From Octopus sinensis (Eukaryota), in assembly GCF_006345805.1 (NCBI RefSeq), contig NC_043015.1:51088001-51152000 (forward strand): 64,000 nucleotides of DNA, written 5' to 3'. Each line of letters opens with the position of its first letter. Position 1 is the first letter of the stretch. Shown in pieces: positions 1-14,869 of this stretch. The position numbers and the translations under genes are program-made. The notes beneath the pieces are model-generated. The model worked only from the letters and a program-made list of their open reading frames with translations. It was not told the origin of the DNA and did no database searches.

Positions 1-1328
1 CCTCTTCCTCCTCTTCTTCTTCCTCCTCCTCCTCCTCCTCTTCTTCTTCCTCTTCCTCCTCTTCTTCTTCCTCCCCTCCCCCTCCCCCTCCACTTCCTCC
101 CCCTCTTCCTCCTCTTCTTCCTCCTCTTCCCCTTCTTCCTCTTCCTCCTCTTCTTCTTCCTCCTCCTCATCCCCCCTGACCCCCTCATTCTCCTCCAACC
201 CACCTCTCCCCTCCTCCTCCTCCATGCCATTGTCATCATCATCATCATCAACAGTATGGGAGCATGTGCCGTAACAGTGGGTCGCTGCATCCACCGTTTG
301 TTGGTGATTTCCTACTCCTGCTGAACGAACCCCTTTGCAACACCCCTACAACCTATGAGCTTGCTTGGTGTTGGTAGCTGTTAGCAATATATATTTCAGA
401 AGCTGTTACTACTACAACTCATTCCCTTAACGACTAATTTATTTGTGTGTAAGTAATTACTACATATCTTGAGCTCAGTTTTCTTCTAGTTTTAGTTTCA
501 GATTAAATTGGTTTCCCCCTTGTGAAATGGCAGATGGTTTAACTCCATATTTCTCAGACTGGTTCTGCTGTAATAGCGTATTTCTGCAGGCATTTTCTAA
601 ACAGTTCTGACAAAGAAAAAGGAAATAGAATCGAAATTTCCTTGTTTCGTCATTTTAATTATAATTGTTACCCATTGAAAAACTACAAGATTTCATGCTT
701 TTGTGTTGGAGATTGTAAGATCAATGGTGTTCCGTTGTCGAAGTAAGCAGGTTGAGAAAAAAAATGCTTTCCCTTCGAGGACAGAAAGGTCTCTTTGAGA
801 TTAGCGTTCTCTGAATGGTAACTTCAAATTAAAAACTTACTAAGACTTCTGAAAACCAAGTAAGCAGCAGCAGCTTACCTTTGAGACATTATCGTATTAT
901 AACCTGCCCTTTTTTTCTTGCTTCTTTTTGTTTTTGTCTTTAAGTTATAGATTTAAAATAATTTTGTTTTATCACCACCACCACCACCACCATCACCGCA
1001 ACTGCTGCTTCCTCATTCTCCACTGCCTCCTTCTTCTCCACTACTTCCTCATCCTCCACCGCCTCCTGGAAAGCAGACATTAAACAATGATTATACACAC
1101 ACATTCACACATGCATGTACACACACATGCACTCACATATATATGTGTATGTGTGTGTGCATGTATGTATATATGTGTATATATATATATGTATATATAT
1201 TATATTAAATTAGAGATAAAACCACTATTAGGCAAATCATACAATGAAAAACTTAAGCCAATACATAAGATTAATTAATTTATATCATTTAAATATATAT
1301 CAAAATTATTAAAAAAGATAATTAATAT

Positions 1329-1397
1329 AACACTACGATTGTTTCATGGCTGTTCAATTCTTAAAATTTTCGAGTTACAGTCATTCTTCAGGTGGTT
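1329..1397 (-). ncRNA. Mirror copy of HHR-1 in left arm of palindrome
   Basis: Reverse complement of left arm gives the same motif. Stem III palindrome is broken by one substitution (ACAATCGT). Confidence 0.65.
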
Positions 1398-1473
1398 TAA
1401 ATATTTAACTTGGCGAGGTTTAATCAATGATCACACACACACATTGATTAAACCTCGCCAAGTTAAATATTTA

Positions 1474-1542
1474 AACCACCTGAAGAATGACTGTAACTCG
1501 AAAACTTTAAGAATTGAACAGCCATGAAACGATCGTAGTGTT
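1474..1542 (+). ncRNA. Minimal type I hammerhead ribozyme motif (HHR-1)
   Basis: Core CTGAAGA 1480-1486. Stem II ATG/CAT + CTGT/ACAG. GAAA 1526-1529. Palindromic stem III ACGATCGT. Cleavage triplet GUA (cut 1537/1538). Stem I CAC/GTG + AA/TT. Confidence 0.8.
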
Positions 1543-1749
1543 ATATTAATTATCTTTTTTAATAATTTTGATATATATTTAAATAATATAAATTAATTAA
1601 TCTTATGTATTGGCTTAAGTTTTTTATTGTATGATTTGCCTAATAGTGGTTTTATCTCTAATTTAATATAATATAATATTTTACTATAAAATTGGATTCA
1701 ATCCTAATCTGATTTTTCCCTGTAAGTTTGGATTTATTCTCTAATATTT

Positions 1750-1801
<52 letters not shown>

Positions 1802-2000
1802 GTGGGAGATGTGGCAACAGACAGTTGGAATCTGGACAGCTCTGTATCAAACTTTCTGACTCATGCCAGCATGGAAAGCGGACATTATTGATAATGATGA
1901 TGTTGCAACATGTAGATATTTCATGTTGCTTTTTTTTTTAAATGCTCTTTATGATAGTTTTGAAAAGCAATTTTCATATTTTCATGTTTCTTATTTTTAG

Positions 2001-2125
2001 TGGTCCTACGCCCTGGAAAAACCCAACACTGGAAGCATTTTCTGTTTGGCTTGGTCCACTGATGGAACTCAAGTTTCTGGTGCTTGTGGCATTGGTCAAG
2101 TGATTATTGGTCATTTAGTTGACAG
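2001..2125 (+). CDS. IFT80: IFT80 internal exon (WD40 region)
   Basis: tttttag acceptor, AG|gtaagt donor. Translates [41 protein letters not shown], recognisably like vertebrate IFT80 (..[30 protein letters not shown]..). 125 nt, phase 0 to 2. Confidence 0.95.
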
Positions 2126-2252
2126 GTAAGTTGGTTGGAATTATTTCAAAACATCCTTTTGGAAATATGAACTTATCTGTGTTATCTTTGATTAAAAGGT
2201 GGATAATCTTATAAATGTAAAAAGAAAACCAACTTAAACTGTGGCTTCCATT

Positions 2253-2348
2253 ATTTATATATATAAAGACCCCAATATTTATATATATAAAGACCCCAAT
2301 ATTTATATATATAAAGATCCCAATATTTATATATATAAAGATCCCCAA
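2253..2348. repeat. 24-bp minisatellite x4
   Basis: ATTTATATATATAAAGACCCCAAT repeated four times. Confidence 0.9.
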
Positions 2349-2419
2349 AAAACTACAGGCATAGTTGAATATAGAGACAGGGTTTTTTTTCCTATGTTCA
2401 TGTTTATGGCAATTTGGAT

Positions 2420-2887
2420 TTAATCCTTTCATTACCTAACTGGCTGAAACCGGCTCTGTTTCTGAGTACAAATGTCTTGCTTTCATAAGTTTTGAATTAA
2501 AATCTTCCACCAAACCTTAATTACAATTTATGCTCCTAACACTAGCTTAATGATAACTAAGTTATTTTACTAAATTCTTTGTTATATTTAAAATTAATTG
2601 AAAGAAATACAGAGCATCTCAACAGAAATATGGTAACAAAAGGCTTAAAATATATAATAGAGAAACAATTCTTAACCCTTTCGATACCAACCCGGCTGAA
2701 ACTGCCTCTGGCTCTGTAGGACAAATGTCTTGTTTTCATAAGTTTTGAGTTAAAATCTTCCACCAAACCTTAGTCACAATTTATGTTCCTAACACTAGTT
2801 CAATGGTAACTAAATTCTTTGTTATATTTAAAGTAAATGAAAGAAATACAGAGCATGTCAAAATAAATACAGTAACGAAAGGGTTAA
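2420..2887. mobile_element. piggyBac-like MITE dimer
   Basis: About 230-bp units bounded by TTAACCCTTTCG / CGAAAGGGTTAA, joined by spacer AATATATAATAGAGAAACAATTC. Confidence 0.8.
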
Positions 2888-3062
2888 AGATAAGATTTGT
2901 TATAATTTTGTGGTTCTTGTGTGTTTGCTGTTTCTGTTTGGAAGAGAATTGTGGTTTTTGCCTGAATTGTTTGCTGTAAAAGACAATTACAATTTCCAAA
3001 GACAGACAAACACAAGCTGTGCCGAAATCCATTCAATTTTACATATAAAAATATATTTACAT

Positions 3063-3449
3063 ATTCCTTTTTCCTTTTATTCTTTTATTTGGTTCAGTGA
3101 TTTGACTGCAGCCATGCTGGAGCACTACCTTTAGTTGAACAAATCTTCCCCAGGACTTATTCTTTGTAAGCCTAGTACTTACTCTGTCGGTCCCTTTTGC
3201 CAAACCATTAGGTTTCGGGGTCATAAAATGCACCAACATTAGTTGTCAAGCGATGGCGGTGGGACAAACACAGACACACAAACATATACACACACACATA
3301 TATATGTATATATACGATGGGCTTCTTTCAGTTTCCATCTATCAAATCCACTCACAAGGCAGAAGACACTTGCCCGAGTTGCTATGCTGTGGGTCTGAAC
3401 ACAGAGCCATGTGGTTGGGAAGCAGGCTTCTTACCACACAGCTACACCT
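3063..3449 (-). mobile_element. SINE family A
   Basis: Reverse complement of the 7044-7427 copy with a small internal deletion. Confidence 0.85.
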
Positions 3450-3579
3450 ATATATATTATTGATTGTGCATACTCAATCTATGGCGGTTGAATGCAGAAT
3501 AGTGCTCTAAGGACAGCTCCTTTGTAGTACAGGAGAGAGAGCTCACCTTCAGATCCCATCCAGGAGTGATAGGTACTGA

Positions 3580-3793
3580 GAAACGTTAGCACGACAGGCG
3601 AAATGCTTATCGGTATTTCATCTGCCGCCACGTTCTGAGTTCAAATTCTGCCGAGGTCGACTTTGCCCTTCATCCTTTCGGGGTTGATTAAATAAATACC
3701 AGTTATGCACTGGGGTCGATATAATCGACTTAATCCGTTTGTCCTTGTTTGTCCCCTCTGTGTTTAGCCCCTTGTGGGTAGTAAAGAAATAGG
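3580..3793 (+). mobile_element. SINE family B (tail type 1)
   Basis: GAAACGTTAGCAC..GAGTTCAAAT..GACTTTGCCCTTCATCCTTTCGGGGTTGATTAAATAAATACCAG. Near-identical to 31095-31328. Confidence 0.85.
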
Positions 3794-3967
3794 TATGTCT
3801 ATGATTTTAAGGGGTTTTAAAACACAGTGTTATGAGGGAGTCATCCACATAATGCTGTTCTGCAGCCAACTAGTAAACAAGCAATGTACATACATTTGAG
3901 TATGTGCAGTCGATAATGTTTACAAGAAGAGTGCTACTCTTGATTCATAATTGAATATGTGTGTGAG

Positions 3968-4002
<35 letters not shown>

Positions 4003-4026
4003 GGTAGAAAGTCCTTGGTACAGTAT

Positions 4027-4174
4027 TAGATACTTGAAAAAATGAATTCAAATGGCTTTTCTGATAATTTTTCCACTTTGATAATTAACTTATAAACACC
4101 TAATTATTAAAGTGGAAAAATTATCAGGAAAGCCATTTTTATTAATTTAAAAAATATCTATTTTCAAGTGTCTA
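4027..4174. repeat. AT-rich hairpin/MITE-like inverted repeat
   Basis: Inner 38-bp arms with 13-nt loop, plus outer 14-bp arms TAGATACTTGAAAA/TTTTCAAGTGTCTA. Confidence 0.75.
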
Positions 4175-4321
4175 TTAATTATATATAAATATATATATAT
4201 ATATTATATTATATATATATATATATACATATACACACACATGTGTGTGTGTGTGTATGTATGTGTATATATATATATGTATGTATGTATGTGTATATAT
4301 ATATGTATGTGTGTGTATGTG

Positions 4322-4356
<35 letters not shown>

Positions 4357-4377
4357 CTGTGTGTATATATATTGATA

Positions 4378-4573
4378 TTCTTTTATTCTTTTACTTATTT
4401 TAATCATTTGACCGGTGGCCATTCTGGAGCACCGCCTTTAGTTGAACAAATTGAGTGCAGGACTTATTCTTTGTATGCCTTAGCTGAACTGCTAAGTTAC
4501 AGGGACGTGAGCACACCAACATTGGTTAAGTGCTGGTGAGTGGACAAACACAGACACACAAATATATATATAC

Positions 4574-4633
<60 letters not shown>

Positions 4634-4789
4634 CACGATGGGCTTCTTTCAGTTTCCATCTACCAAATCCACTTACAAGGCCTTAGTTGGCCTGAAGCTA
4701 TGGCAGAAGACACCCAAGGTGCCACGCAGTGGGACTGAACCCAGAACCATGTGGTGAAGAAGCAAGCTTCTTATCACACACCCGTGCCT
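4378..4789 (-). mobile_element. SINE family A
   Basis: Full-length reverse copy with expanded internal (TA)n. Confidence 0.85.
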
Positions 4790-4822
<33 letters not shown>

Positions 4823-5420
4823 AATACATATATGTATACACACACACACACATATACATACATATGATAGACACTGGTATGACTCTGTGGTAAGAATTTT
4901 TTTTTCCCACCGACATGGTTCTGGGTTCAGTCCCACTGTGTGGCACCTTTGGCGAATGCCTTCTGTTATAACCCTGTGCTTTGTGAGTGGATAGCTTTTG
5001 TTACCTGGAAGATGTAATCAGCATGGAAGGTGGTTGCTCCTAAAGTATTGCACCCAGATAAGGATGGCTTGGAGAGAGTTCAGGGAGTTGCTGCTTACTG
5101 TTGTTGACACCAAAGATCTTTTCCATCAGAGTGGAGGGCAGATTGTATGATGCCTGCATAAGAACTGCGATGCTACATAGCATTGACTTAGAATGCTGAA
5201 GATTTGAGAAAACGGGAAAGGAATGAAGCAAGCATGCTCTGCTAGATGTGCTGTGTGAGTATGCTTGACTGACATGCAGGCCGGATCAAGGTCCATATAG
5301 GCCCTAATCCCTTAAAAGGTTTTGGTGCCCTCAAGTATATGTAAATGATTCAAAATGTAAACAATAATGAACCATAAAATAAATTTTTATTTTTCAAAAT
5401 GAAACAAAATTAACAGTAAT

Positions 5421-5816
5421 AGGCGTAGGAGTGGCTGTGTGGTAAGTAGCTTGCTTACGAACCACATGGTTCCGGGTTCAGTCCCACTGCGCGGCACCTT
5501 GGGCAAGTGTCTTCTACTATAGCCTTGGGCTGACCAAAGCCTTGTGAGTGGATTTGGCAAATGGAAACTGAAAGAAGCCCATAATATATATGTATATATA
5601 TATATATGTATCGCCTGGCACCTGTGCAGGTGGCACGTAAAAAGCACCCACTACACTCACGGAGTGGTTGGCGTTAGGAAGGGCATCCAGCTGTAGAAAC
5701 ATTGCCAGATAAGACTGGAGCCTGGTGCAGCCTTCTGGCTTCCCAGATCCCCGGCCGAACCGTCCAACCCATGCTAGCATGGAGAATGGACGTTAAACGA
5801 TGATGATGATGATGAT

Positions 5817-5869
<53 letters not shown>

Positions 5870-6106
5870 ATATATATGTATGTATGTGTGTGTATATGTT
5901 TGTGTGTCTGTATTTGTCCCCTCACCCAACATTGCTTGACAACCGATGGTGATGTGTATACATCCCTGTAACTTAGCGGTTTGACAAAAGAGACCGCTAG
6001 AATAAGTACTAGGCTTACAAAGAATAAGTCCTGGGGCCGATTTGCTCGACTAAAGGTGGTGCTCCAGCATGGCCACAGTCAAAATGACTGAAACGGGTAA
6101 AAGAGT
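5421..6106 (+). mobile_element. tRNA-derived SINE family A with nested RTE 3' end
   Basis: Head GGCGTAGGAGTGGCTGTGTGGTAAG..GGTTCAGTCCC, internal (TA/TG)n, tail ..GACTGAAAC..GTAAAAGAG. About 20 related copies in the window. Confidence 0.9.
5611..5817 (+). mobile_element. RTE LINE 3'UTR fragment with (GAT)n tail
   Basis: GGTTGGCGTTAGGAAGGGCATCCAGC..GGACGTTAAAC(GAT)n. The copy at 63515-63830 links this sequence to the RTE ORF end. Confidence 0.85.
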
Positions 6107-7043
6107 AATAATAAATCATAAAAGAAATTATTATTTTCCAAAATGAAACAAAATTAACAGTTAGATAGAAAATAATATTTATATTTGTATGCTTCTAATT
6201 TATCTATATTTGATAAATTTTTTCTTGTTTTCTTTTTTTGATTGCAAAGTGTTCAATGATATTGTTAAAATTAATTCTACATAAAACTTCTGCTTCTATA
6301 CTTAGTAGAGATAAGGCATTACAAAACTTATTGTAGCAAGTCTAGAGTGATTTCTTTTGTGCTGTAAACCATTTTCATTTCTGTGGTGCCCTTCTCCCTT
6401 GATGCCCTGAGCACGTATTTACTTTACTTAGTGCTTAATTCAGCACTGTTGACATAGAACAAATGTACAGAGAGAAAATCTGGGCACAAGAGGAATCAGA
6501 CGCAGTGAGCCAGAAAGAAGACTCGGCTGGCATGGGCATTATGCATATGGATGAGGACAGGTGTATAAGAAAGTGTCAATCACTTATTGTGGGTGGAGCT
6601 TGCAGAAGTGGGAGAGCCAGGAAGACGGGGGATGAAGTGGTAGAGGTTGTTCGGTGGATGTTGAATGTTGTGGAGGATAATTGACTAGGATGGGGACATG
6701 TGGTTCTTGAGAAGATGACAATTGATGATGGCTGGGAACATGTGGTTCTTGAGAAGTCCTGCCCATCTCAGCAAAACTGAGTTCTGATTGAGCCCTGTGT
6801 GTGTGTATGTGTGTGACTTTGTGTATGTGTGCGTGCGTAAATGGCAATCTTTATATCCAACTTAATGTAGATGTTGTGTGAAAATGCAGAGAACACTGCT
6901 ATTAATTATACACATGTGTATATGTGTGTGTGTGTGTCTGTGTGTGGTATCAACAACCATAATAATGAGCAATGTTAAGTGGGTATGTATACACATGTGA
7001 TATATATATATACGTGAGTGTGTGTGTGTATATATATATATAT

Positions 7044-7427
7044 CAGGAGTGGCTGTGTGGTAAGTAGCTTCTTTACCAACCACATGGTTCTGGGTTCAGT
7101 CCCACTGCATGGCACCTTGGGCAAGTGTCTTCTACTATAGCCTCGGGCTGACAAAAGCCTTGTGAGTGGATTTGGTAGACGGAAACTGAAAGAAGCCCGT
7201 CGTATATATGTATATATATGCATGTGTGTGTTTGTCCCCCTAGCATTGCTTGACAACCGATGCTGGTGTGTTTATGTCCCCGTTACTTAGCGGTTCGGCA
7301 AAAGCGACCGATACAATAAGTACTGGGCTTACAAAAGAATAAGTCCCGGGGTCAAGTTGCTCGATTAAAGGCGGTGCTCCAGCATGGCCGCAGTCAAATG
7401 ACTGAAACAAGTAAAAGAGTAAAAGAG
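7044..7427 (+). mobile_element. SINE family A, near full length
   Basis: tRNA-like head, central TTGGGCAAGTGTCTTCTACTATAGCC block, (TA/TG)n, (GTAAAAGA)n tail. Inserted in (TA)n. Confidence 0.9.
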
Positions 7428-8429
7428 ATATATATATGTGAGTATGAGTATATATATGTACATGTGTAGGTGTGAGTATGTATGTATGTATATATATATA
7501 TATATATGTAGGTATGTGTATGTATGTGTCTGTCAAGACAATTGTAGTGATTGATGAAAATTCTTGTATCTTCCATCTTTCATCCCTCTCACTAACCAAA
7601 CACACACATGCACACACACACATACAAACCACATGCACACATCACACACACACACACACACACAGTACAGATTTTCAGCTTAATAAGCAATATCTATAAC
7701 AAAATTAGTTAATAAATAAATGAAACAAATAAACAATTTTGTATCTATGTTTTTCTATATTCATCAACTTGTTGTGAACTATTCCGACATCAGCTCCGAA
7801 ATATTAAAGTTAATATTTAGCAATATTAGAACTTTACCATATTCTTTGGTTCCTTCAAAAAAAAAAAATGCTCATATTATATGGTGAGCTCTCATTAAAT
7901 TCTTCCCTCCTAAGTCCCAAGTCATCATACGTCATAATGTTATATGTAATTTTGTTGAGGTATTTTTTATTTATTCATCAAATTTTGTTGAAGTACATTC
8001 AATATTTTTCTTTCTTGGAAATGCTGACAGAAAGCTAAAAAAAAAACACTAAAAATAAAAACAAAAAAACTAGACCCTCCCCCTCTGTTATTTTTCCATT
8101 TTCTTTTGTTATTTTTTAAAACATCTTTGTTATTTTTTAATTGTTCCTGTCATTAGACTGTGGCCATGCTGGGGCACCTTGAAGGATATCTAGTCAAATG
8201 AATCAGCCTTAGTGCACATGTTTTAAAGCCTGGTACTTATTCTATTGGTCTCTTTTTTTTAACTAGTAAGTGACGGGAACTTGAACAAACCAACTCTCAC
8301 TGTCCATCATTGGTGGGGGACAAACACAAAGACACATGCATAGATATACACAGACACACACGCATATTTATAATTATGCACATACAATCACCATATTAAA
8401 GTTAATATTTAGCATATTATTCCATAATA

Positions 8430-8519
8430 GCTACCTCTGAAGAGTGCAGGGTTACATAATCGGACTGTTACCTTACACTCCATTGAACTCTAAGTGCGAA
8501 ACCAATTGGTAAGATCAGC
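8430..8519 (+). ncRNA. Type I hammerhead ribozyme motif (HHR-2)
   Basis: CTGAAGA 8437-8443. Stem II GTGC/GTGC (G-C, U.G, G.U, C-G) plus AGGGTT/AACTCT. GAAA 8498-8501. Perfect 10-nt palindrome ACCAATTGGT as stem III. GUA triplet (cut 8511/8512). Imperfect stem I GCTACCT/AGATCAGC. AATAAA at 8534. Confidence 0.7.
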
Positions 8520-8544
8520 CATGATGGATATATAATAAAGCCAG

Positions 8545-8864
8545 CCACACTGAGAGTGTTGTGGGTGCTTTTTACATGCCACCGGCATGGGAACCAGTCA
8601 GGCAGGCCTGGCATTGATCATATTCGGATAGTGCATTTTACATGCCACCAGTATGGGAGCCAGTCAGTGGGTACTGACATTGGCCACATTCGGATGATGC
8701 TTTTTTATGTGCCACTTGCATGGGAGCCAGTCAGACAGGCCTGGCATCGATCACATTCAGTTATTTCTTTCTATGTGCCACCAGCACAGGAGCCAGTCAA
8801 GAGTACTGGCATCGGCCACGTTCAGATGGTGCCTTTTATGTGCCACTGGCACAGGAGCCAGTCA
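8545..8864 (-). repeat. Tandem array (about 5 x 66 bp) from RTE 3'UTR
   Basis: Units GTGCTTTTTACATGCCACCGGCATGGGAGCCAGTCA..CTGGCAT..CACATTCGGAT, with alternating A/B variants. Confidence 0.8.
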
Positions 8865-9076
8865 ATATATATGTATATATTTATATATATATATATATAA
8901 TTATTTTTAGGATCCATTAGAATCAAGGTATTTTAATAACGAAGGCACTAAGGTTGAGTGTTTTTTTTTTTTTTCACTTGATGTAATTGGTTTGTTTATC
9001 AATAAAAAAAACATGTCTGAAACAGCTGTTGTGAATCTCAGCCTGTCTTTGTTTTATATATATATATATATATATA

Positions 9077-9184
9077 TCACCGTGACCAAACAGGCTATGA
9101 TATGTTGCTACACATCGCTCGTCACAATGCGCTTTGCATTGTTTTAGCCTTCAAGTGATGCCACCCCGCTGGCTAAGCGAGCAG

Positions 9185-9187
<3 letters not shown>
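9077..9187. repeat. About 110-bp interspersed repeat, second copy at 45572-45692
   Basis: GTGACCAAACAGGCTATGATATGTTGCTACACATCGCTCGTCAC..GAGCAGGCCA present twice. Unclassified. Confidence 0.65.
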
Positions 9188-9215
<28 letters not shown>

Positions 9216-9740
9216 GCTGACATGATGGACTTTTTTCAGATTCCATCTACCGAGTCTACTCAAGGCTTTGGGACACCTGGGGCTTATAGTATAAGACACT
9301 TGCCCAAGGTGTCACACAGTGGGATGGAACCCAGAACCATGTGGTTGGGTAGCAAACCTCTTACCACACAGCCACATCTGTTTTCTTTTTAGTTTTTATA
9401 ATTTATCATTCATCTTATTTTTCTTCTTCTAATGGTCCCCACCCACCATTTCAAACTGAAAAAAAGCAGAAGGGCTCTGCTTTTTTGTCATGTCTGTGAG
9501 GTGAGAAATATGATGGGAGAATATTAAGGTGATATTTGCAAGGAGCTCCGTGACGCTCATCTACCGAATTCTGCCGATTACCAAGGTTACTGAGGAGAAA
9601 TGGAGTGGTTTTAGGAGACCATGTAATGAAATACACGTTTTCCTCTATCTTGTTGAGATTAATCGGCAGAGCATCATTGAAAACGTGCTGTGAAATATTG
9701 CTTATTGCACTGTAATGTTAATGTACAAACAGCAGAAACT

Positions 9741-13800
<4,060 letters not shown>

Positions 13801-14321
13801 TACGGATCATACTTAAAGTAACCCCATGAAAATGACAATTATTCCATTTCATACGATCTGTTTTTTTATATTCTTATACCTTCACTTTGGAATGTATATC
13901 GAATAAACAAACAAAAAAATTAAATAACAGCAGAAAACTGAAATGAATAAATAAATACAGAAAGAAAGAAAGAAAGAAGGAGAATTAGCGACTGTAAAAT
14001 AATAATGGTTTGAGTATAAAATAGGCATGTAAAATACTTTACAAACAATTTCTGAGAGTTAACGGAGCAGAGTTGCTGGTTTTTATGTCTTTCTTCGGGA
14101 CAATAAATGGAAGGAACTGATCTGTAACTTGGCTAACGTTGGAATAAAAACAGCGACAACAATAACAACAATGAGAAGAATGATGACGATGATTGCGGTG
14201 ATGATAGTAACGATGATGGAGTAAGAATAATGGCGTTATGGAAGCATATTGAACCTTTAAAAGCTTAGATTTTGGTACTTTGCATGAAATACCGAACAGA
14301 TTGCAAGACGATGGTATATAT

Positions 14322-14737
14322 ATTCTTTACTCTTTTACTTGTTTCAGTCATGTGACTGTAGCCATGCTGGAGCACTGCCTTTTGTCGACCGAATCGACCC
14401 CGGGACTTATTCTTTGTAAGCCTAGTACTTATTCTATCGGTCTCTTTTCTCGAACTGCTAAGTTAGCGAGGACGTAAACACACCAGCATCGATTGTCAAG
14501 CGATGTTGGGGGAACCAACACAGACTCACAAAGATATACACACATGTGTATATATATCAATATATATATACATATATATGGCGGGTTTCTTTCAGTTTCC
14601 ATCTACCATATCCACTCACAAGGCTTTAGTTGACCTGAGGCTATAGTAGAAGACACTTGCCCAAGGTGCTATGCAGTAGGACTGAACCCGGGACCATGTG
14701 GTTGGTAAGCAAGCTACTTACCACACAGCCACTCCTC
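14322..14737 (-). mobile_element. SINE family A
   Basis: Full-length reverse copy. Confidence 0.9.
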
Positions 14738-14869
14738 CAATAACTTCGACATTGAAAGTCAATGCTTCAGGATTAATTGAAATCAGCACTAATGATTACA
14801 TGTTTCATATACTGTAGTTTTAGTTTCAAGAATGGAGACCCTTACTTATCAACAGAGGCATCCTAAGTG

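Larger units (their letters stand above)
1201..1754. mobile_element. 229-bp inverted repeat (1201-1429 / 1442-1670, 12-nt loop), probable inverted pair of Penelope-like terminal repeats; right copy extends to about 1754
   Basis: Arms are reverse complements with 4 mismatches that I could count, and each contains the hammerhead motif. The PLE assignment is inferred from the ribozyme type. Confidence 0.7.
5277..6448. mobile_element. hAT-like non-autonomous element
   Basis: Imperfect TIRs CAGGCCGGATCAAG / reverse complement CAGTGCTGAATTAAG. Degenerate 8-bp TSD ctgacatg / ttgacata. Confidence 0.55.
4996..6795 (+). mobile_element. Old RTE-clade LINE fragment (4996-5276 and 6449-6795) split by a nested insertion
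   Basis: Decayed peptides YLEDVISMEGGCS, RVEGRLYDACIRTAMLH, then after the insertion REK..GIMHMDEDRCIRKCQSLIVGGACRSGRARKT. Collinear with the better RTE copy at 34599-35190. Confidence 0.8.

Noticed and set aside
2420-2887. MITE multimers with constant spacer, and the 66-bp arrays, as CRISPR-like
   Set aside because: Spacers are identical rather than unique, units are TE-derived, the context is eukaryotic and there are no cas genes.
9460-9486. AAAAAAGCAGA-AGGGC-TCTGCTTTTTT, resembling a bacterial intrinsic terminator
   Set aside because: Isolated hairpin in a eukaryotic intron with no bacterial gene context.
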